64,000 nucleotides of DNA from an uncultured archaeon. GTDB taxonomy: Archaea; Thermoproteota; Nitrososphaeria; Nitrososphaerales; Gagatemarchaeaceae. A model generated the notes under the pieces. That model had not been told where the DNA came from and did not search any database. It worked only from the letters and a program-made list of their open reading frames with translations. The position numbers and the translations under genes are program-made. The stretch is from positions 224,001-288,000 of the forward strand of contig CAWCYD010000002.1 in the NCBI GenBank assembly GCA_963799775.1, read 5' to 3'. Below, piece after piece: positions 39,816 through 49,384 of the stretch. Numbering within the stretch: the first letter of the stretch is position 1; each line of letters opens with the position of its first letter.

Positions 39816-40093
39816 TGGCAGACCCCTTAGAGCGGTTAGAGGAAAAGATTGAGAGAACGAACTCGCTTCTCATGGCGATTCTTCGGCTCACTCTTGACAA
39901 CCAGCCAAGTATAACTGTAATGCAGAAAATCGAAATTCTAAACAGCGTAGGATTGCGACCGAGCGAAATCGCTAGGATTCTAGGAATCGGTTCAAACCAG
40001 GTGTCGGTCACCCTTGTCAAGATAAGGAAACGAGGCGAACACTCTGCCACGCCGCACAAGTACAAGGAGAAATCAGCAGATTCTACCGGCTGA
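39816..40093 (+). CDS. Small coiled-coil + HTH protein (array paralog 0), probable CTG start
   Basis: LADPLERLEEKIERTNSLLMAILRL...KIEILNSVGLRPSEIARILGIGSNQVSVTL. Confidence 0.75.
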
Positions 40094-40598
40094 CACTCTC
40101 AGCTATCCTGTTTCTGTTTTCATCAGCTCGTCTCAAACAGAGTTCGAGACCATAAGGCAAGAAATCAAGAACGACCTAAAAGACCTGAGGATCGCGGAAC
40201 GACAGGTCTTTTCCCCAACCCTTGTTGAAATGGAACGAGGCGAACAAATCGAGCACGATATTGAAGACGCACTGAAAAAATGTGACATCTATGTTCTTCT
40301 CGTTGGAAACAAGTACTCTGAATGGACCGAAAAGGAGTTCAACATGGCGTGGACTTCTGGTATTCCCATCAAGGCCTATCTAATCAGAAGCAGACAAGTG
40401 CCGAGTAATCGGGAAGCCCAGAGGCAGAGACGGTTTCTCGAACTCGTTCATTCACGAGTGCGCCTCCAAGGGAAGGACAGGCCATATGGCAGGGGGAACC
40501 TCCTCCGCCTGTACAACGATATCGCGAATGACACGGCGGCAATTGTCTTGAAGAGCGTTCATGACCATGTTGCCATCCGACGTATTCTAAGACGCTGA
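40044..40598 (+). CDS. DUF4062 (TIR-like) domain protein
   Basis: Frame is open upstream of the track's ATG: VFISSSQTEFETIRQEI...CDIYVLLVGNKYS..TEKEF..A...GIPI. Confidence 0.8.
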   Translation: MPRRTSTRRNQQILPADTLSYPVSVFISSSQTEFETIRQEIKNDLKDLRIAERQVFSPTLVEMERGEQIEHDIEDALKKCDIYVLLVGNKYSEWTEKEFNMAWTSGIPIKAYLIRSRQVPSNREAQRQRRFLELVHSRVRLQGKDRPYGRGNLLRLYNDIANDTAAIVLKSVHDHVAIRRILRR

Positions 40599-40715
40599 TT
40601 CGCGCATAAAACTGGCAAATTTTCTAGTACTTTCATTACCATATTCTCAACTTGCAGAATAGCGTTCTAGAAAACGCTAAAATCCTTAAATCGTCTTGGG
40701 TGAGTTCAAAGACGC

Positions 40716-40871
40716 ATGGATGAGGAGAAATTCGAGACAATTCGAGACTTGCTCATTATTCTCCTCCTCAAATCGGGCGTGAAACACGAAGCCGTAGCGG
40801 AAGCCACTCATCTCGATCTCAAATATCTCAAGAACAAGTTTCCGCTGAGCAAGATTTCCAGAGAAGATTAG
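40716..40871 (+). CDS. Mini HTH protein, array member 1 (51 aa, not in ORF track)
   Basis: MDEEKFETIRDLLIILLLKSGVKHEAVAEATHLDLKYLKNKFPLSKISRED; TATA-like cttaaa upstream. Confidence 0.75.
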   Translation: MDEEKFETIRDLLIILLLKSGVKHEAVAEATHLDLKYLKNKFPLSKISRED

Positions 40872-40873
40872 TT

Positions 40874-41116
40874 ATGCCAAATGCCGAGCTCGATCCCGTT
40901 TCGAATCGTCTGGACGCCATCACTCGCTTATTAGTCGAGTTTCTCAAACAACAAGAGGAGATGAACGTCGGAGACATAGTGCTGTATTTGCAATCGGCTG
41001 GACTCAGAAGAGTTGAGATAGCGAAAATCCTCGGTGTCAAACATACCTCCATTCCTGGCATCGTCGCGCATGCTAAGAACAAGGAGCTGAAGCAAAAACT
41101 GGAGACCTCGAAATGA
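40874..41116 (+). CDS. Mini HTH protein, array member 2 (80 aa)
   Basis: RLDAITRLLVEFL...YLQSAGLRRVEIAKILGVK. Confidence 0.8.
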   Translation: MPNAELDPVSNRLDAITRLLVEFLKQQEEMNVGDIVLYLQSAGLRRVEIAKILGVKHTSIPGIVAHAKNKELKQKLETSK

Positions 41117-41280
41117 GTGGCGAGACAAAAGAACTGCAAGATATCAAGAGACTCCTCATATTGCTCTTGCAAGCCAACAAGGTCAAGCAACCTGAGATCG
41201 CGAAAGCATTGGGAATCACCGATAGGCAAGTCCGGCGACTGATTAATTCGAGGGAAAGGCCCAATGCCGAAGAAGATTGA
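41113..41280 (+). CDS. Mini HTH protein, array member 3 (55 aa, not in ORF track)
   Basis: MSGETKELQDIKRLLILLLQANKVKQPEIAKALGITDRQVRRLINSRERPNAEED; ATGA overlap. Confidence 0.8.
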   Translation: MSGETKELQDIKRLLILLLQANKVKQPEIAKALGITDRQVRRLINSRERPNAEED

Positions 41281-41488
41281 TTATCCGGAGCAGGAATTGA
41301 AGACAATCCAATTGCTTCTTGCTGGATTACTCCTCAAGGAGGAACCCCGTCCAGATGTTGGAAAGTTGGAGAATCTAATTCACGTTCGCAAGGGCACACT
41401 GTCAGAAATCTTTCCTCAACGAAAAGCCAAGAAGTCAACGAAGTCCTCGGCTCATTCAGCCACCGGAGGTGAATCAAACGCCAAGTGA
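41264..41488 (+). CDS. Mini HTH-like protein, array member 4 (74 aa)
   Basis: ELKTIQLLLAGLLLK...LENLIHVRKGTLSEIFP. Confidence 0.75.
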   Translation: MPKKIDYPEQELKTIQLLLAGLLLKEEPRPDVGKLENLIHVRKGTLSEIFPQRKAKKSTKSSAHSATGGESNAK

Positions 41489-41645
41489 CGAAATCAAGGA
41501 ACTGACTAGCATCAAGAAGTTGCTAATCCTTCAGCTCCTCAGAGACGGTGCCACTTCAGAGGACATAGACAAAGCCACGGGCATGGGTGCGAGCAATATT
41601 CGCGGAATGTTCCCCAAGGTCAAGAAGAAGAGCCTTACCGACTAA
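41469..41645 (+). CDS. Mini HTH protein, array member 5 (58 aa, not in ORF track)
   Basis: MNQTPSDEIKELTSIKKLLILQLLRDGATSEDIDKATGMGASNIRGMFPKVKKKSLTD; TAATG overlap with next gene. Confidence 0.78.
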   Translation: MNQTPSDEIKELTSIKKLLILQLLRDGATSEDIDKATGMGASNIRGMFPKVKKKSLTD

Positions 41646-42538
41646 TGGCAATTCATGTCACTGACGTGCGTTCTAACCCAGAGGACCAGATCGCACACGC
41701 AGCCAAGATACTACAGAAATCTGAACAGGCAAGAAGGCTGTTCCGAGCCATATATCGTGGTAAGACCAAGATCAAGACAATTTCAGCCCTCGTAAAGGCA
41801 ACGGGCTTAAGTGACAAGAGAGTTCTAATCGTCGGAGCCAAACTCGTAGGAAACCGCATCATAGCAGTCAATGACAAAAAGGTCGAGGGACGTATTGCGT
41901 ATGTCAAAGATCCATTCTACAACCAGCATCGCCAAAAGATACTAAGACTGGCTGAGAACCGTATTTCCCTAAAGAAGTACCCTACGAAATACAATGTTCC
42001 ATTCGATTCGGTCCGTGTCGTTCTAGACTTTCAAAGGCAGTCAATTCAGGTGACCAGTATCAGCGTTGACGACATTGACTCTTTCGCTCTTGTCCGGACC
42101 ATCCATGACGCCCCCAAACCAGTCGCAATTTCCGAATTGGCTTTCAAGAATGGGGTGAAGGAAATCTTGGGAGAGCAGGGAGAATTTCAAGACTGGGGAG
42201 GTGAGCAAAACGACCTCTTCACCACACGCCTCTTCATTGGGCGGCGAAGATTAACTGCTGCGTTCGGATTCAAAGGAAAAGGAACAAGCGGGATTCTCAC
42301 CCCCAAGAAAATGGGGAAGAATGGCGACCAAATACAAAGATTGTTCAGATCTACTGCGACTGTTTTCCTCGTTCAATATTGGGGACAAGTAGGCCAAACA
42401 ATTGTCGAACAGATGCATTCCCTCGCGACAGCAAAATCGGCCTTCGGGGGAAGAAGAATCTACTATGGAATAATTGATGGCGCGGACACTCAGAGGCTAG
42501 TTTCGGCCTATGCGGTTAATTTTCGGAACCTAACTTAA
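41645..42538 (+). CDS. wHTH + putative restriction-endonuclease-fold protein
   Basis: N-terminal LF.AIYRGK..IKTISALVKATGLS; C-terminal SE..FK..V..ILGE, DWGGEQNDLFT, AAFGFKG, GKNGDQIQRLF, IIDG.DT.RL. Confidence 0.6.
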   Translation: MAIHVTDVRSNPEDQIAHAAKILQKSEQARRLFRAIYRGKTKIKTISALVKATGLSDKRVLIVGAKLVGNRIIAVNDKKVEGRIAYVKDPFYNQHRQKILRLAENRISLKKYPTKYNVPFDSVRVVLDFQRQSIQVTSISVDDIDSFALVRTIHDAPKPVAISELAFKNGVKEILGEQGEFQDWGGEQNDLFTTRLFIGRRRLTAAFGFKGKGTSGILTPKKMGKNGDQIQRLFRSTATVFLVQYWGQVGQTIVEQMHSLATAKSAFGGRRIYYGIIDGADTQRLVSAYAVNFRNLT

Positions 42539-42614
42539 CGCCTTATTTCCGAAGCGCCGAAGGCGCTTCGGGCGCCAACATATGGATTCTCTCCCGTCCC
42601 CTTTCAATTCCGCT

Positions 42615-44108
42615 TTACACGATGAGCAGGAAGGCCCATATTGGAACGATTACCGCACTACCGTCTTCTTTGAGTTCATTCTTGCTCAACAGTAGTCCTG
42701 GGTTTTTTGACCCTGTTGCTTTGCCGAAGTCGATAAGCCCGTACTTGTCATCGCGGCCAATCGAGTTCTGATATTTCACTTCCACGGGGAAGAAAGTCGA
42801 ACGGTCTTCTTTCATTACGAAGTCCACCTCTCGATCCTTCTTGCTCTTCCAGTAGAACAAGCAAGTCTTGTACTCGAATAGCTGCTTTTGCTTGCTAAGC
42901 AAGAACGAGAGACGCACGAGGTGGTTGGCAACAACCGATTCAAGCAAGCATCCAACATTCCGTTCTTCCTTCAAGTACTCAATCGATGAAGAGAAGGGTT
43001 CAACTCCTTTGCACCAGGCTCTCATTGAATGAAAGAAGAACGGATCGTCGAAGAAGATTTTCTTGTCCTTCTCGTAGGCAGGATTCTTCTGATTCAAATC
43101 GAGCCTATGAAGATACACCATGGCAAAGGTGTCAGTGATGTGTTCGATGTAATCTGCCGCTGTCGCGTGACTCGCAATGTCGGTATCTTTTCGCAGAGTG
43201 TTCCAGCCAACAGGATTTCCCATCGTATCAATAACTCGACTGACGATTTGTCTTACGTATGTCTCGCGCTTCCCCCATCTCTGCAAATCTCCCAAGACCG
43301 AATCGACATAGGTCTTGTAGACGCCTTCGACGATCTGGCCCTTTGTCTTGTACTCGTTTACCACTTTCGGAATTCCTCCCGTAATCAGATATTCCGACAG
43401 CAATAGCTGAAGTTCCTTCGAGTATAGTGCAATTTCCTTCATTTCTTCGATCTTACCTTCGAATAGTCCTTTGAAGATCTGCTTGCGCGTCTCCCAAAAT
43501 AACCGAAAAGGTCCAATCACTTCTTTGGCGAGCTTAGGATTGACGGATTCCACGTATTCGACAAACTTCATGGGTAGCATTATCTTGTCTAAGGAATCGT
43601 TGAGATTACCTCTCCTGCCTGGCAGCCTTTCTGAGTTGGTTTTCACGTCAATTGAATGTGATCCCGTCAACACGACCGTCGCGTTGTCTAGAACTCCCGT
43701 ATCCGCAAGGTGTTTTACGCCCCTTTGCCAGTCCTTGACTGAAGATATCTCGTCTAGGAAAAGATAGGCCCGCTCCTTCTTGTTCCGTATTGTGTCCGAA
43801 TAGTTGGAGACAATGCTAGCCAATTCCTTCGGGTTATCCACCAAATTACATGTGTAGTAGAATACATTCCTTGGATTAGACTCCTTTAGTCGTTCGGAGA
43901 TCATTGTCTTAACCAGCGTGGTTTTACCAACCTGTCGCGGGCCCCTTAGAGTGTAGACCGCATCTTTTTTCCAATCGAAGAAGTGCTTTACTCTCGGCTC
44001 CCATTTTATCGTGCTTTGCTTGAGATTAACAATGTCCTTGTCTGAATCTATAGCTGCTTTGTTTCTCCACCAGGGGTTCTGTCCTGCTAATTCAATTGGA
44101 AAGGACAT
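42615..44108 (-). CDS. AAA+ ATPase with DUF4143-like C-terminus
   Basis: QNPWW, GPRQVGKTT, LFLDEI, LTGS, LPGR, ITGGIP, KKIFF.DP, EVDF, PVEVKY. Confidence 0.92.
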   Translation of the reverse strand: MSFPIELAGQNPWWRNKAAIDSDKDIVNLKQSTIKWEPRVKHFFDWKKDAVYTLRGPRQVGKTTLVKTMISERLKESNPRNVFYYTCNLVDNPKELASIVSNYSDTIRNKKERAYLFLDEISSVKDWQRGVKHLADTGVLDNATVVLTGSHSIDVKTNSERLPGRRGNLNDSLDKIMLPMKFVEYVESVNPKLAKEVIGPFRLFWETRKQIFKGLFEGKIEEMKEIALYSKELQLLLSEYLITGGIPKVVNEYKTKGQIVEGVYKTYVDSVLGDLQRWGKRETYVRQIVSRVIDTMGNPVGWNTLRKDTDIASHATAADYIEHITDTFAMVYLHRLDLNQKNPAYEKDKKIFFDDPFFFHSMRAWCKGVEPFSSSIEYLKEERNVGCLLESVVANHLVRLSFLLSKQKQLFEYKTCLFYWKSKKDREVDFVMKEDRSTFFPVEVKYQNSIGRDDKYGLIDFGKATGSKNPGLLLSKNELKEDGSAVIVPIWAFLLIV

Positions 44109-44421
44109 GCCGTAAGAGTATTTACATCTTATTTATAAATAAGATGTCAGTGCAATTACATCGCGCAATCAAGCTCCGGCAAATAACCACAAATGCTGGA
44201 TTTCGCCCGGGAATCCGAAATTATTCCAATCACACACACAACGTCATAGCCCCAAAAACCTGAATTCAAAATAGAAGTCCTAATACGTCACACGTTAACG
44301 ATGAGTTAACGGTTTATCAAGATCATTTTCAGGCTAATGCGGCCATCACCCACGTTCGGGCCCGCTCCCGGCCGAAGCCAAAAACCTATCTTCAAATGGT
44401 AGCAGTAAGCGATCTGACCGA

Positions 44422-44988
44422 TTGCCCGTGCGTTTCCTTCTTCGTGCGATTCCCAACGACACGGACCGCCAACGCTTCCTCTCGTCCGCAAAGGGCATCG
44501 CCAAGAATCTCGGCGCAAGGGTGACGCACCCAAGATGGACTTCCTATGGTGCCCTCGAGATTGACGTCTTCACTCCTTCGGTGCAGGATTTCGAGCTCTT
44601 CAGCGCGGCCATCGAGCCTCTGGCGAAGCTAGAGTTCACCAAGAACTTGGACGAGGCGCCCCCGTTCAAGGAAAAGGAGCAGACGATCCGAGAGGCGGTC
44701 GGCTACTTCAACTCCGAGAGATACTGGGAGTGCCACGAGGTGCTGGAATCCGTCTGGCGGGCTTCCGAGGGCCAGGAGAGGCTTCTGGTGCAGGCCATCA
44801 TCCTGCTCTGCGCCGCTCAGGTGCATGAGCAGCGAGGAGAGACGGATGTCGCTCTCAACATCTACAGGAGGGCCTTACCCCAACTCGCATGGGAGAAAGA
44901 GCGGTATTACGAGATAGACATCCCACATCTGCGCAGAGACGTGGAACTCGGCCTCAAGAGAGGCGTAGTCGCGCCCCTCCGCATCTAG
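44422..44988 (+). CDS. DUF309 domain protein
   Basis: FN.ERYWECHEVLE.VW; QAII..CAA.VH. Confidence 0.88.
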   Translation: MPVRFLLRAIPNDTDRQRFLSSAKGIAKNLGARVTHPRWTSYGALEIDVFTPSVQDFELFSAAIEPLAKLEFTKNLDEAPPFKEKEQTIREAVGYFNSERYWECHEVLESVWRASEGQERLLVQAIILLCAAQVHEQRGETDVALNIYRRALPQLAWEKERYYEIDIPHLRRDVELGLKRGVVAPLRI

Positions 44989-44999
44989 CTCTTCGAGAA

Positions 45000-45404
45000 T
45001 CAGCCGAAGACCGGGAGGTTGAGCGGGCTGTCCTTCTCCGAGAGCGCCTTCGAGGGCCTCGAGGCAACCACGTCGACGACGAGTGTGATGGCCGAAAGTG
45101 CCACTGCCGTTGCCTGGTCCATGGCTGGGTAGTTTCCCCACAGGAGCGCGACGCGAGCGATCATGATCGCTGAAAGGATCGCACCGAGAATGAAGCTCTT
45201 TCTCACTCCCGCGATGGCGACCAGCGAGGCCAAGACAAGGATCGCACCCACGACGCCCAGCCAAGGGTCTGCGTTGTGGAGGCCGCTAGGCGGATGTAAA
45301 CACGGGGAACATGTCGGCGAGGGGGCCACGATGTAACTGACGTATGCGGCCCACAGTCCTGTGACCACCCCCAGCACCGACCCAGCCACCCGAATCGGAT
45401 TCAA
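45000..45404 (-). CDS. Small 4-TM membrane protein
   Basis: Hydrophobic helices; C-terminal PLNLPVFG. Confidence 0.7.
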   Translation of the reverse strand: MNPIRVAGSVLGVVTGLWAAYVSYIVAPSPTCSPCLHPPSGLHNADPWLGVVGAILVLASLVAIAGVRKSFILGAILSAIMIARVALLWGNYPAMDQATAVALSAITLVVDVVASRPSKALSEKDSPLNLPVFG

Positions 45405-45407
45405 GGG

Positions 45408-45843
45408 CTACTTCAGCATCCGGAGCTTGTAGAATCCCGCTTCGATGACCTTGTTGATGTGGTCCTTCACGAGGAACAGCCGGTGTATCGTCTCGCCGTC
45501 GTCAGGAGCGATGGTCCAGTCGTCCCTCACGAGGAACTCGTGCTGCGTCCCGTTCCTTGGGCATGTGTGCTTGATCGTCTTGCCGGGCTTGACCCCGAGG
45601 CTCAACATGTAGACCCCCTTTATGTCGGTGCAGGTGAGGATCCCCCACTGCTCGTCCTCCGGGACACTCCTCGAATCCCACGCTGGGCTTCAGGGGCTCG
45701 CCGTAGCGCTTGTCGTCGCAGAAGAGCTTCTTGCATCCCCTGCAGACCCAGACGTCAACCACTCCCTGGAGGTAGTTGTCCCTGTTCACGTTTACCATTC
45801 CCGCCAGGACTATCTCGTGTTTGTGTTGTGCCCCCGCGCTCAT
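45408..45843 (-). CDS. Hypothetical Cys-containing protein (frameshift near 45660)
   Basis: ORFs 45502-45843 and 45408-45608 join: VDVWVCRGCKKLFC...HINK.IE.G. Confidence 0.65.
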
Positions 45844-46298
45844 CTCGAAACTCCACCCTTCCCCTTTCGACCTACCCTCGGACTGCCAGGATTTGTGCTC
45901 TTCGATTCGTCCGGGAGGACGGCCAGCAGCTCAAGGGTGAGCTTGTCGACCTGCAACCTCTTCTCTTTCCTCTGTCTTATCGCCCTCTCCTCGTAGGCCC
46001 TGAAGAGATTCGAGAGAGCCATCCTCGGATGGACGGGCAGGTAGGAACTTCCGGAGGAGTCGACGATGAACATCCCGCGGGCGGCGAGCGACTTGGCCGA
46101 GGCCAGGGTCTGCGCGTTCATGGGGGTCACCCGCCCAGAACTCAGGGCCTCCACATACACCGTTGATTCCTCGACAGGGATCTCCAGAACCTCGTGGATC
46201 GCGGAGATCACGTCGCGGACGTCCCTAGGCACGACCAAGGGCCCGGGAGCAGCCGTTAAAAATCGTGACAACCATTCATCAAATTCCAGTCCTTTCAC
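45840..46298 (-). CDS. Hypothetical protein, possible degenerate TrmB-like HTH
   Basis: ESTVYVEAL, SLAARGM, YLPVHPRMALSN. Confidence 0.55.
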   Translation of the reverse strand: MKGLEFDEWLSRFLTAAPGPLVVPRDVRDVISAIHEVLEIPVEESTVYVEALSSGRVTPMNAQTLASAKSLAARGMFIVDSSGSSYLPVHPRMALSNLFRAYEERAIRQRKEKRLQVDKLTLELLAVLPDESKSTNPGSPRVGRKGKGGVSR

Positions 46299-46370
46299 CT
46301 GTTAGATACTGAAACTTTTGCAGGAATTCACTTCCAGGAACCCACCCGTTATAGGCGCTCGGACAGATAC

Positions 46371-49001
46371 ATGAGGCGTAATAGAATGAAATCAGGACAC
46401 TCCCGGCTGGATTCGGTTGCAATATTTGCAATATTGTTCCTCCTGGGTTTTGGCTTTGTAATTTATGCAGTCCCGGCCAACGCACTGCCGCCGGTCGCAG
46501 AGACCTCCTCTTCTCCGCCGACGAACGCGCAAGGCAACAGCGTCTACTACCGCCTAGAGTCGACATCGACGTCGGCTGGCGCGAACGCAAGCGGCTACGC
46601 AGGGATCGCGGTCAACGGACTGACGATGAACCTTGAGTGGTCGATAACAGGGGGCACCCCCGGAGAGGAGCTGACGATGGTGATGCAGGCGGTCGGCTCC
46701 ACGGGAGCGAGCAAGTCGTTCACCTTCGCGACCGTCACCGTCAGCTCGCAGGGGACGGCCGGAGCCGCTGATACGGCGACCCTTGACGCGGGCACCTATG
46801 CCGTAGGGCTGAAGGTGACCGACCCGACGACGACAAACACCAGAGTCATATTCACGAGCGACCCCTCGACAGCCCAGGTCACGCTGGCCGCGCAGTCGAC
46901 GGTCCAGACCTCCACGGCGTCGAGCAACGGGCTCAGCTACACCCTGGACCCGCTTCCAGTCTATCTCCATCAGGCGGTCACGACAGACTATCCCTTCAAG
47001 GAAGGCGGGGCGCTGATAGTCGTCTCTGGCGACACGCTGCAGGTCACGACCAGCTTTCTTGGGACCGCTAGCGCGGTCTTCACGAACGTCGTCCAGACGG
47101 CGAGCGCCAATCTCACAGTGGGAACGGTGGTCACGACCTCCACCGGAGGCGGCGTCTTCAAGGGTAACATCACACTCACTCCAGGGACGTATCAGATCGG
47201 GTTGCTTCTCTTTGCGAACGGTCAAACCGCCTCTCCCGTCGCCGTGAGCGTCCCGAGAGCAATCCAAGTGACCTTGGCACCGCTCGGTTCTTCTTCCAGC
47301 ACGACGACCACGCACTCCTCGACAACGACGACGAGCTCCTCGACCTCGTCTTCCACGGCGACCACACACACCTCGACAACCACGGCGAGCTCCTCAACTT
47401 CGTCAAGTTCGTCCTCGACGACGCACAGCTCCACCTCGACCACCCACGTCTCCTCCAGCACAAGCAGCTCGACCACCCACACGTCGGAGAGCTCCTCGAC
47501 GACCACCAGGACGAGCACTTCGTCTGCGACGAGCACGACGTCCGCGCCGCCTGAAGTCACAACAGGACACGTGGACTTTGGACAGGTCACGAGCGAGGAG
47601 GCTTCGAGCGACTACCTGTACGGGACGGGCGGCGGAGGCTACTCCGTGACGGGCGGGAGCATCTACTTCAGCCTCGCGTTCACGGGCGAGAGCCCGAGCT
47701 CGATCTATCAGCTGGTCCTTTCAGTCAACGGGAGCGCGAGGACCATCGGGACCTACGTGACCAACGCCAACGGCGGCGGCAGCTTCGTGGCGAGCACCTT
47801 CCTGGGGACCGGGAGGTTCGTCCTCAGCATGACGGTGACCGACGACTCGAGCTTCAACCAGCCCACCGTGGTCCTGCAGAGCGACCCCACGACCTTCACG
47901 GTCAACGCCTACAGCGGCTCGACGACGACTACTGAGACGACCTCCCCGGCAGCCATCGAGACGCCGAAGGGGCCCCAGTGGACGTTCAAGCTCTCGCCTT
48001 CGACGATCGTGAACGTGCCGAGCGGGTACAAGTTCGCTTCCTCGGGGACTGTCGTCGTGTCGCTGGAGACCCAGTATTCTATCCTCGACGTGGAGATAGG
48101 GTTCGAAGACGCGAACCCGTCAACCACCTACAACGCGGCCCTGATACTCAACGGGACCAGCGAGAACCTTGGCACGATGACGACGAGCAAGTCAGGCGGC
48201 GCCCTGCTCCATTCGAGCATCCAGGTCACCCCGGGCAGGTATCTCCTCGGCATCGAGGTCTTCGACGTCTCTGACATCCCGGAGTTCAACGCGAACGGCC
48301 CGGTCCTCGTGATGGTTAGCAGCCCCAACACCGAGCTCGCAGTGATCGTCCCGCCGAACGGCGAGTCCTCCTCGACCTCCACCTCGGCATCGACGTCTGG
48401 CGGCAACTCGTCTTCGACCTCCACGACCACCGTCACCAGGGTCGCGACCACCATCAGCGCGGGGACGCAGGTCCAGGACCAGATCAGGAGCGCTGTGAGC
48501 AACCTGACCATCCCGGCGACGATCCAGGTGACTCCCCTCTCGAGCTCGACCGACGTCCTCGACTCGAGGTTCTCCCTCTCGGTGGGTCAGCAGGCCGGGA
48601 ACGGTCTGGTTATAGCGATCTCAGGTCAGAACGTGACCGGCCCGCGTGTCTTGCTCATCAACATGAGCCGCACGTCGCCCTTGGCGCTGTACCCCGCCCT
48701 CAACGTGACCCTGGACGGCCAGCCGGTGGTCGAGGCCACCTCCGCGCTCCAGGTGCTCAACCCCGTGGCGACGAACCCGCCGATGTATGTGCTCGTCGCG
48801 ACCTCGGACTCGATCCAGCTTCTCGTCTCGATTCCCCACTTCTCTCTCCACCTGATCCAGGTGGCTGGCGAGATCGTCCACACTGTCGTTTCGACGCTCG
48901 CCCTGGACGCCCCGATACTGGTCGGCTCCATCATCGTGATCACCCTCGCGTTCGCCGGCGCCTACGCGGCAAGGAAGAGGTACTTCTCAGTCCTGCTATG
49001 A
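46371..49001 (+). CDS. Large cell-surface protein with four related beta-sandwich repeats, S/T linkers and C-terminal TM anchor
   Basis: Repeated GT..T...GGG...PG.Y..GL motif; IPHFS.H near C-terminus; terminal TM + KR. Confidence 0.88.
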   Translation: MRRNRMKSGHSRLDSVAIFAILFLLGFGFVIYAVPANALPPVAETSSSPPTNAQGNSVYYRLESTSTSAGANASGYAGIAVNGLTMNLEWSITGGTPGEELTMVMQAVGSTGASKSFTFATVTVSSQGTAGAADTATLDAGTYAVGLKVTDPTTTNTRVIFTSDPSTAQVTLAAQSTVQTSTASSNGLSYTLDPLPVYLHQAVTTDYPFKEGGALIVVSGDTLQVTTSFLGTASAVFTNVVQTASANLTVGTVVTTSTGGGVFKGNITLTPGTYQIGLLLFANGQTASPVAVSVPRAIQVTLAPLGSSSSTTTTHSSTTTTSSSTSSSTATTHTSTTTASSSTSSSSSSTTHSSTSTTHVSSSTSSSTTHTSESSSTTTRTSTSSATSTTSAPPEVTTGHVDFGQVTSEEASSDYLYGTGGGGYSVTGGSIYFSLAFTGESPSSIYQLVLSVNGSARTIGTYVTNANGGGSFVASTFLGTGRFVLSMTVTDDSSFNQPTVVLQSDPTTFTVNAYSGSTTTTETTSPAAIETPKGPQWTFKLSPSTIVNVPSGYKFASSGTVVVSLETQYSILDVEIGFEDANPSTTYNAALILNGTSENLGTMTTSKSGGALLHSSIQVTPGRYLLGIEVFDVSDIPEFNANGPVLVMVSSPNTELAVIVPPNGESSSTSTSASTSGGNSSSTSTTTVTRVATTISAGTQVQDQIRSAVSNLTIPATIQVTPLSSSTDVLDSRFSLSVGQQAGNGLVIAISGQNVTGPRVLLINMSRTSPLALYPALNVTLDGQPVVEATSALQVLNPVATNPPMYVLVATSDSIQLLVSIPHFSLHLIQVAGEIVHTVVSTLALDAPILVGSIIVITLAFAGAYAARKRYFSVLL

Positions 49002-49026
49002 TTCGAGAGATGGAGAGCGAGCCAAG

Positions 49027-49311
49027 ATGCAACAATACCGAAACAGACTCAAGATAATTTCGGACGTCCTCTCGGTTGCTCTGATGTCGGGGCAGGAGGG
49101 GGGCGCCAGCACCTCGATCCTGATGAGGCGCTCCAACCTCTCTTATAGGGGCCTGGAACAGCTGCTCAAACAGCTTCTATCTGCGGGTCTCATGTTGGCG
49201 AAGCAGGAGGAGAGGGGGATCCGGTATGTCGTCAGCGAGAAGGGCTGCGAGTATCTCGCGCACTATCGCCAGTTCGAGACGTTCGCCGACTCTTATGGTC
49301 TGCACCTCTAG
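49027..49311 (+). CDS. Winged-helix (HTH_45-type) regulator
   Basis: YRNRLKIISDVL, LMRRSNLSY, Y.VSEKG.EYL. Confidence 0.88.
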   Translation: MQQYRNRLKIISDVLSVALMSGQEGGASTSILMRRSNLSYRGLEQLLKQLLSAGLMLAKQEERGIRYVVSEKGCEYLAHYRQFETFADSYGLHL

Positions 49312-49384
49312 CCTCGACATCCGCGGCGAAGATAGACCACAACTCCTCATTCTTTTTAACAAAGATGATAGCAAGTTGCAACAA

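Larger units (their letters stand above)
39560..44330. mobile_element. AT-richer accessory island (approximate bounds)
   Basis: Visible drop in GC and changed codon style against flanks; contains HTH array, DUF4062-like, nuclease-like and AAA genes; no integrase or att seen. Confidence 0.6.
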
